In this document: one piece after another, positions 57,387-64,000 of the stretch
How the letters are laid out: the number at the start of each line of letters is the position of its first letter
Numbering within the stretch: the first letter of the stretch is position 1
Assembly (NCBI GenBank): GCA_963741965.1
Contig: CAVUKC010000001.1
Location: 179,008-243,007 of the forward strand
DNA: 64,000 nucleotides
Reading direction: 5' to 3'
Origin: an uncultured Chloroflexia bacterium
GTDB taxonomy: Bacteria > Chloroflexota > Chloroflexia > Thermomicrobiales > UBA6265
Notes under the pieces: generated by a model
Told to the model about the DNA's origin: nothing
Databases searched by the model: none
The model's input: only the letters and a program-made list of their open reading frames with translations
Made by a program: the position numbers and the translations under genes

Positions 57387-58784
57387 TCAGCGCGCCGGGG
57401 CGATGTTCTGGTTCATGTGGAACAGGTTCGTCGGATCCCAACGTGCCTTGATCTCGGTGAGCCGATCGTAGTTGTCGCCGTAGGTGGCGCGGATGCGGTC
57501 CTCGCCCTCGTCCATGAGGAAGTTGACGTAGGACGCCTCCGAGGAGTGCGGGTGCAGGGCGGACCAGTAGTTCCGCACCCAGTCGCGGTGAGCGGGCAGG
57601 TTCTCGCCGTCGCTGTCGATCCCGGCGATGATGTGAACGAACTTCACGTCGCGGTGGCCAAACGCAGTCGCGTCCTCGGCGATGTCATGCACCGCGCCAT
57701 CGAGCGGGTAGAGGTGCATCAGCGACAGGAAGTTAGGCACCTCCGGACCGTGCTGGGCGTGCAGCGCGATCGCTTCGTCGGTCAGCTCCTCCACGAAGTC
57801 CGCCTTCCAGTAATGGTGCAGCCCGTGCGGGAGCAGCGCGTCGAACATGCTGTTGAGTGCCGGGTACGGAACGGGGCCGGCGAGGTCCAGCGCGACCATG
57901 CCCGCCTCGCGGATCGGACGAATCGCCTCCTCGGCGTCCTCCATCGGCCCGGTCCACGCCACCACGATCGCGCAGGCCTTGTGGCCGACCAGCGGCTCCG
58001 GGACGAACGGCGCGGGCGGCGCCTCGTGGAAGGCGAAGAATGCGGCTAGCTCGCGTGGGGCCTGGGCGATGAAGTCGCGAAAGAACCGCAGCACCTTTTC
58101 CGCTTCGGTGGCCGGGTAGAAGATGGGACCGCCGTAGACTGACGGGACATCGTGCAGCTGGATCTCGAAGCGCGTGACCACACCGAAGTTGCCGCCGCCG
58201 CCGCGCAGCGCCCAGAACAGGTCCTCGTTCTCGTCATCGCTGGCGCGCACGAGCCGGCCGTCGGCGGTAACAACATCCATCGCGCGGAAGTTGTCGATGA
58301 CGAGGCCGAACCTCCGTGTCAGGTGGCCGAAGCCGCCGCCAAGCCCGAGCCCGGCGACCCCAGTGGTCGACAGCACGCCGCCGGGGGTGGCGAGACCGAA
58401 CGCCCACGCGGCGTGGTCGACGTCGCCCCAGGTGGCGCCACCACCGACGTATGCACGCTTGCACTCGGGATCGATGTGGACGTTGTTCATCTGCCGCAGG
58501 TCGAGCACGACCCCGCCGTCATTGGTGCCGAAGCCGGCGACGTTGTGGCGGCCGCCACGGATGGAGAGGTCCAGGCGCTGCTCACGGGCGTAGTTCACGC
58601 CGGCAATGACGTCGGCTTCATCCCGGCACATGATGATGAGCGCTGGTGAGCGGTCGATGTTCTGGTTATAGACGCGTCGAGCGTCGTCGTAGGTGGCGTC
58701 GCCGGGCTGGATGATCTCGCCGCGAACCTGCGCGGTGAGCGCCTCGATTGCCTGGGACTGTGTCGAAACGGTATCGGTCGCCAT
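57387..58784 (-). CDS. FAD-linked oxidase (PCMH/VAO fold with BBE-like C-terminus)
   Basis: SIRGGRHNVAG, GGGFGHLTRRFG and ALRGGGGNFGVVT motifs, plus a C-terminal YVNF...NLFHMNQNI BBE-type tail. Confidence 0.85.
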   Translation of the reverse strand: MATDTVSTQSQAIEALTAQVRGEIIQPGDATYDDARRVYNQNIDRSPALIIMCRDEADVIAGVNYAREQRLDLSIRGGRHNVAGFGTNDGGVVLDLRQMNNVHIDPECKRAYVGGGATWGDVDHAAWAFGLATPGGVLSTTGVAGLGLGGGFGHLTRRFGLVIDNFRAMDVVTADGRLVRASDDENEDLFWALRGGGGNFGVVTRFEIQLHDVPSVYGGPIFYPATEAEKVLRFFRDFIAQAPRELAAFFAFHEAPPAPFVPEPLVGHKACAIVVAWTGPMEDAEEAIRPIREAGMVALDLAGPVPYPALNSMFDALLPHGLHHYWKADFVEELTDEAIALHAQHGPEVPNFLSLMHLYPLDGAVHDIAEDATAFGHRDVKFVHIIAGIDSDGENLPAHRDWVRNYWSALHPHSSEASYVNFLMDEGEDRIRATYGDNYDRLTEIKARWDPTNLFHMNQNIAPAR

Positions 58785-58870
58785 GGTGCGGATCTCCTGA
58801 AATGATGTCTGCGAATCGGTGGCCCGACGCTTGAGGCGGGGACCCATCACCGTTGACGGGCCCCTCGCTG

Positions 58871-59410
58871 TCAGGTGCCCGGCGTGGCGCTCGGTTCCGC
58901 ACACGCGGTGAGTGGCTGGCCGGACTCGATGAGACCGGAGAGGAGTACGGTGGTCTGCTCGTCGGCCAGGTTCTGCGCACTGTGGATCATGCCGACCTCG
59001 ACGAAGCCGTCACCCGGCGCGAGCGTGGCTTCCTCGCCGACGGTGAGGGGCTCCTGGCTGGCCTCGGTGTCTGCCGTCGCGGCGCGGGTGATCGACATGT
59101 CGGCGTCCTCGAGCAGGGTGAAGCCGAAGGATCCGGACTCGACGACGGCGACGAGCGTGCCTGGGTGCGTGTGCGCGCCGAGGCTGCCGCCGGGGCCGAA
59201 GATTACACGGGCGAGGACGAGCGTTTGGCTGCCGTCGCCCACCGGGGTCGCGCCGAGGAGCTGCGCGCTCATGTTGGTTGCACAGGGAAGGTCGATGGGG
59301 CTGGGTGGCGGGACGTCCTGCGCTCCCGCGGTCGGGATGGTGGCGACGCTGGCGAGCGCCATGAAGGCAATGACGAAGACGAGACGTATGGCGGTGATTG
59401 TTCGATGCAT
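58871..59410 (-). CDS. Secreted cupin-domain protein
   Basis: Signal-like MHRTITAIRLVFVIAFMALASVATIPTAGA. GGSLGAHTHPG cupin motif. Confidence 0.6.
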   Translation of the reverse strand: MHRTITAIRLVFVIAFMALASVATIPTAGAQDVPPPSPIDLPCATNMSAQLLGATPVGDGSQTLVLARVIFGPGGSLGAHTHPGTLVAVVESGSFGFTLLEDADMSITRAATADTEASQEPLTVGEEATLAPGDGFVEVGMIHSAQNLADEQTTVLLSGLIESGQPLTACAEPSATPGT

Positions 59411-59570
59411 GAGGTGCTCCCAATGGGTGATGGTGTCGGTTGAGCGGTTTCCTGGGACCCGGCCGGCACCATTCACATTAGGAGCGTGCGATGCAACGCA
59501 CATCGCGAGAACTGCGCAATTCGCATTGCGCATGTCGAGACGTGAGGCTGCGTAGAACTGCGTAGCGGGG

Positions 59571-62500
59571 TCAGGCGATGTGGTGCTCGATCGCGAAGCG
59601 GGTCGCCTCGGTGCGGGAGCGGACGTCGAGCTTGTTGTAGATCGATCGCAGGTGCTGCCCGACAGTGCGCGGGCTGATCGAGAGCACGCGGGCGACCTCG
59701 GCGTCGGTCATGCCCTGGGCGACGAGCCGTAGCACCTCCGCCTCGCGCTGGGTGAGTCCCGCGGGCAGCCGATCTTCCGTCGTGGCGTCGCCACCGGGCG
59801 CGACAAGCTCGCTGGCGCGCTCCACCAAACGGGCGGCCCCGAGCGTGGTCGCGATCTCCACCGCCTCCTGCGCCATGGTGCTTGCCATCGCGTGATCGGA
59901 TTCCCTGTAGAGGATCGCCAGCTCAGTGAGCGAGAGCGCTCGCTCGTGCGGGATGGCGCAGGTCGTCGCGAGATCGAGTGCCGCCGCGAGGTCGCGTTTG
60001 GCGCCGGGGAGGTCAGTGCCCTGGTCGCGCAGAAGGGCTCCGCGGAGCCTGAGCGCATCGATCAGCGCGAGTGGCTGCCGTGGGGATGAGGCGAATGTGA
60101 CGGCGGCGCTGGCATGTTCGATCGCATCCTCCACGTGCCCATGGATCGCGAGCAGGCGGGCTTCGGCGAGCGCATGACCGGCGCGGCCGAGCACGCTGCC
60201 ACTCCACTCCAGCCAGCGGGCGCTGCCCGCAAGCCAGCGTTCGGCAGCGTCCAGATCGCCAGCGTCGATGCAGAGGCGGACGGCGAGCTGCTGGAGCATG
60301 AGTCCGTCGAGCAGCACGGCCGCGCCGGGGGCGGCGTCCGGGCCATCCGAGAGCAGGCCGCGGATATGCCGCCACGCCTCGGCGGTGTCCCCGCTGAGGT
60401 ACGCCATCGGCGCGAGCGCGTGCGTGACCTGCCGACGGATCAGATACGCGCCGGGGTCGGTGCAGGCGGCGGCCACCGTTGCGGCCGCCTGCCATGCGCC
60501 GTCGAGGAAATCAACTGTGATCCGGGCGACCTCGGGTACCGCCTGGGTTGTGAGCGCGCCGCGAGCCCGTTCGATCTCGATTCCGGCTGCGTCGGCGATG
60601 GCGCGGCGGGCGGCGGGGTCGTCGGCATGGTACGGCAGCACCACGTCGGTGAGCTCGTCCAGCAGCACGAAGGCGAGACAGGCGTGGTGGTCGATCGCGG
60701 TGTAGGCCTCGCGGGCGGCATGGAACGCCTCCGTGGCGCCATCCGGGTCGCCCTGCGACGCCAGCGCGATGCCGAGGCCGAACCGGGCGTGGCCGGTGTT
60801 GGCGATCGACAACGGGCCGATCTCCGCGCCGGACGTGACTGCCTGGTAGGTCTCGGCCACCGCAACGGCCTCGTCGAGGCGGCCGCTCGCTGCCAGAAAC
60901 CACGCGAGGCTCATGTGCCGGTTCGCATCGATCGCAACGAGTCGCTCTTCAGTGGCTCCCGGGTGGTTCACCGACCACTGCTCGAGCGTCGGCAGGGCAT
61001 CCGCCATCCAGTCGGCCGTGGTCCACGAGATGTACGTCTCGCGGGCGGGCAGCGCGCGCAGGACGTCGACGCCCGCGATAATCATCGGGATGCCGCGGGC
61101 CCAGTCGTCGGCGAAACAGTGCACGAGCCCTTGCGAGTAGCGCGCGTCGGCGGCGAGGACGTGATCCCCAGCCTCCGCCGCGATCTCCGCAGCCGCGCGG
61201 AGGCACCGGAGCGCGTCCGCCGCATCGGTGTAGCGCTGCAGGCGCCCGCATCGGTAGAGGAGACGCGCCCGGGCGATCGCCTGGCCGGGAACGCCGTCGA
61301 GGAGATCCGCGGCGGCGGCGAAAGCGATCCCGCGCCGTGAGCCACGCGTAGGCGCGTTGCGCCCGCTCGCCAGCTCGGACCAGCCAGTCCGGCGCGCGGA
61401 CATCACCGGCCTGCTGGTAGTGCCAGGCGATGATGTCCGGGTCCTGGCGCGGCCCCTGTTCGAGCGCCTCCGCGACGCGGCGGTGCAGCTCCCGACGTCG
61501 GTGGAGCGGGATCGCGGCGTATAGCGCCTCCCTGGTCAGCGCATGCGTGAAATAGATCACCCGGCCGTCCGGTGAGGCGCCGCAGAGGTGCCACTCGATC
61601 GCCTCGTCGATCGCTCGCAGGGTTGCGTCCTCGGTCGTATCGGTGAGTGACGCGAGCAGTGCGATCGGCACTTCATCGCCGATCACGGACGCGACGGTGA
61701 GCGGCTCGCGGACCGCGTCGCCGAGGCGGCTCACGCGGGCGTCGATCACCTGCCGGATCATCGGCGGGACATGCAGACCGTCGATGGAGCCCAGCGACCA
61801 TTCATCGCCGGTGCGGACGAGGCCGTCGTCACCGCGCTCCTCCAGGGCGCGCAGCAGCTCCATGGTGAAGAACGGGTTGCCTTCGGCGTGGAGCGCGAGG
61901 TAGGCGACGAGCCTGTCGCGGTCATCGTCCGGCAGCGCGTAGTGCATGCCTGCCAGTGTCGCGAGGTCGTCGATGCCAAGTCGCCGGAGGTCGAGCCGGA
62001 GCCCCTCGGACTCGCGGACAAGCGCCGGCAGCCGCTGGTAGAAGGGGTTCTGCCGGGTGAGCTCGTCCTCGCGGTAGGTCGCCAGCAGGAGGAGTGGCAG
62101 GTGGTCGATGCGCGTGGCGACATGCCGAAGCAGCTCGAGGCTGGCCGGGTCGGCCCAGTGGACATCCTCCAGCACGATCACCGTCGGGTGAGCGGTGGCG
62201 ATGGCGCGCAGGAACGCCGTCACATCGGCGAAGAAGGCGGACTGGCTGGTGACGGCATCGAGCGTCCGGTTCGCCAGCACGTCGGGCAGCGGCGGGAGAT
62301 CGGCGGCGTCGGGAAGGTAGCGGTAGCGGTCGGCGAGGTCGAGCCAGAGGCCGTACGGCGGCGCGGCGGACATGTCGTAGCAGTGTCCGACCGCGACGAC
62401 GCAGCCCTGCGCACGCGCCTGGCGGGCGAGATCCCGCGCGAGGGTGGTCTTGCCGATGCCGGCTTCCCCGCCAAGGATGATGAGGTTGCCGCGGCCCGCC

Positions 62501-62619
62501 TCCGCCGCACGAAGCTGCTCGCTGAGCAGGACACGCTCCGCCGTCCGTCCGACGATCGGCGGCGGTGAACCCCTGGTGCCAGGAGAAATCCGGATCTGGC
62601 TCGCCATCTGCCTGCCCAT
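59571..62619 (-). pseudogene. LuxR-family large ATP-binding (LAL/MalT-like) transcriptional regulator, +1 frameshift near 61332
   Basis: N-terminal frame has Walker A GGEAGIGKTTL and VLEDVHWAD up to RAYAWLTA. The C-terminal frame continues GIAFAAAADLL through TPR-like repeats to the LuxR HTH LTQREAEVLRLVAQGMTDAEVA. The span is 3049 nt (1 mod 3). Confidence 0.8.
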
Positions 62620-62808
62620 TGCCCTATGACCTGAACAGTCGCTGCTCTCCCAGTATATCGAACCGACCTTCGCCGCAATGCGGTGGGCACACCTCGGAGT
62701 CACCGGCGGTGACGGCGAGCGAGCGTTGTCACACGGCAGCATCCAGCCTCGTCCCATGGTCAGGCGCGGACGTTCCGCGCGTTCCCACCCACGAGAGGAG
62801 GGGCGGCC

Positions 62809-63399
62809 ATGGGCCTGATCGACGATCGATTCGAAAAGACGACGTTCGTGACCTCGCTGGACTTCCTGTTCAACTGGGCGCGACGATCGTCGCTCTGGTG
62901 GCTGCAGTTCGGCCTCGCCTGCTGCGGCATCGAGATGATTTCGGCGCAGATGTCCCGGTTCGACCTCTCCGAGCGGTTCGGCAACCTGCAGCGAGCATCG
63001 CCCAGGCAGGCGGACTTCATGATCGTCGCCGGCACGGTGACGAAGAAGATGGCCCCTGTGGTGCGCCAGCTGTACGACCAGATGCCTGAGCCGAAGTGGG
63101 TCATCTCGATGGGCTCCTGCGCCAGCGTCGGCGGACCGTACGACACCTATGCGGTGGTGCAGGGCGTCGATCAGGTAATTCCGGTGGACGTCTACGTTCC
63201 CGGCTGCCCGCCGACGCCGGAGGCGCTCTACTTCGGCGTGTTGACGCTTCAGAACAAGGTCATCCGGTACGAGACCATGGCCAGGAAGCATGGCGTCGAC
63301 GCCGCCGAGGCGCAGCGACGCGCTGACCGGGAGCAGGAGCAGGGGAGCGTGCGGCGGTTGGAGCCGCGCCGGGAACCGTGGATGGCGGGCACCGCCTGA
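62809..63399 (+). CDS. nuoB: NADH-quinone oxidoreductase subunit B (NuoB/20-kDa) homolog, stand-alone
   Basis: [20 protein letters not shown] and VPGCPPTPE are the N2 cluster cysteine motifs. gaggagggg RBS. No nuoA/C/D adjacent. There is a charged C-terminal extension of about 40 aa. Confidence 0.85.
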   Translation: MGLIDDRFEKTTFVTSLDFLFNWARRSSLWWLQFGLACCGIEMISAQMSRFDLSERFGNLQRASPRQADFMIVAGTVTKKMAPVVRQLYDQMPEPKWVISMGSCASVGGPYDTYAVVQGVDQVIPVDVYVPGCPPTPEALYFGVLTLQNKVIRYETMARKHGVDAAEAQRRADREQEQGSVRRLEPRREPWMAGTA

Positions 63400-63495
63400 C
63401 ATCACCGCCGGTGCGATCGGCACCGGAACGCAGCGCCGGCCTCGTGCCGGCACATGACCGGCAGCTCAAGGATGAGCGCCGGAACGGGAGCAACC

Positions 63496-63975
63496 ATGTC
63501 GAAGCGCATTACCGATCGAACCAACGTACAGGGCGCATACTCGCAGCTCGCCGGCATCGAGCGCTACCTGCACCAATCGGGGCTCGATGAGCGCCTGATC
63601 CTGCTGATGAAGATGCGGGTGTCGCAGATCAACGGCTGCGCCTACTGCCTCGCGCTGCATGCCCGGCACCTCCGCGAGCTCGGGGAGCGCGAGGACCGCA
63701 TCCACCTCCTCTCCGCGTGGTGGGAGACGGACTGGTACAGCGACCGCGAGAGAGCGGCGCTGGCGTGGGGCGAGGCGGTCACGAGGCTCGAGCACCAGCA
63801 TGTCCCGGACGAGATCTACGCGCAGGCGCGGGCGCAGTTCAGCGAGAAGGAGCTGGCGGACCTGACCCTCGCGGTGATCGCGATCAACGGATGGAACCGC
63901 GCCAACATCGCCTTGATGCAAACACCACCTGACCACTTCGAGATCACCGAGCGCGAAGAGGCGGCCGCCGACTAG
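63496..63975 (+). CDS. Carboxymuconolactone decarboxylase/AhpD-like family protein
   Basis: VSQINGCAYCLALH CxxC motif of AhpD-like proteins. gggag RBS. Confidence 0.75.
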   Translation: MSKRITDRTNVQGAYSQLAGIERYLHQSGLDERLILLMKMRVSQINGCAYCLALHARHLRELGEREDRIHLLSAWWETDWYSDRERAALAWGEAVTRLEHQHVPDEIYAQARAQFSEKELADLTLAVIAINGWNRANIALMQTPPDHFEITEREEAAAD

Positions 63976-64000
63976 CCGTCACTGATCTGCGGCGGGCGGC

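Noticed and set aside
3964-62619. Programmed ribosomal frameshifting as the explanation for the split genes.
   Set aside because: No shared slippery heptamer or downstream structure was seen at the seven sites, and the gene families involved are not known to use recoding.

Overview
This is a 64-kb, high-GC (about 67%) bacterial chromosomal window. It is gene dense, with roughly 55 protein genes on both strands. I saw no rRNA, tRNA, CRISPR array, transposase or integrase. The taxon cannot be fixed from sequence alone; GGAGG-type RBSs and the repeat content look like a Chloroflexota/Thermomicrobia-like or actinobacterial genome.

Layout, left to right:
- A carbohydrate block: GH2 beta-glucuronidase, GH13 alpha-glucosidase, GH4 glycosidase and a GHL10-like TIM barrel.
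- A tightly packed, partly overlapping 5-gene minus-strand operon: UbiA prenyltransferase, SAM methyltransferase, geranylgeranyl-reductase-like flavoprotein, SRPBCC, KAS II-like ketosynthase.
- An M29 aminopeptidase whose 3' end is duplicated around an 893-bp low-GC two-gene HEPN cassette.
- Sulfatase, an ArsR-MFS pair, RsmC-like methyltransferase, LysE, DedA, LOG, BKACE and similar genes.
- An accessory stretch of about 11.5 kb bracketed by two orphan ParB-like paralogs. It carries nucleotidyltransferase-fold genes, a GNAT, small low-GC ORFs and MITE-like foldback repeats.
- One gene of about 7.2 kb for a surface protein of about 2400 aa with about 19 tandem prealbumin/SpaA-like domains.
- A LuxR-type LAL regulator, an orphan nuoB and an AhpD-like gene.

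Main observations:
- The HEPN cassette insertion with a 65-bp direct repeat.
- The ParB-like pair.
- At least five families of intergenic hairpin/foldback repeats.
- Seven genes are each interrupted by exactly one extra nucleotide (every gene span is 1 mod 3). This pattern looks more like insertion-biased assembly error than gene decay, but it needs read-level checking.

All functional calls rest on motif recognition by eye. No database search was run.
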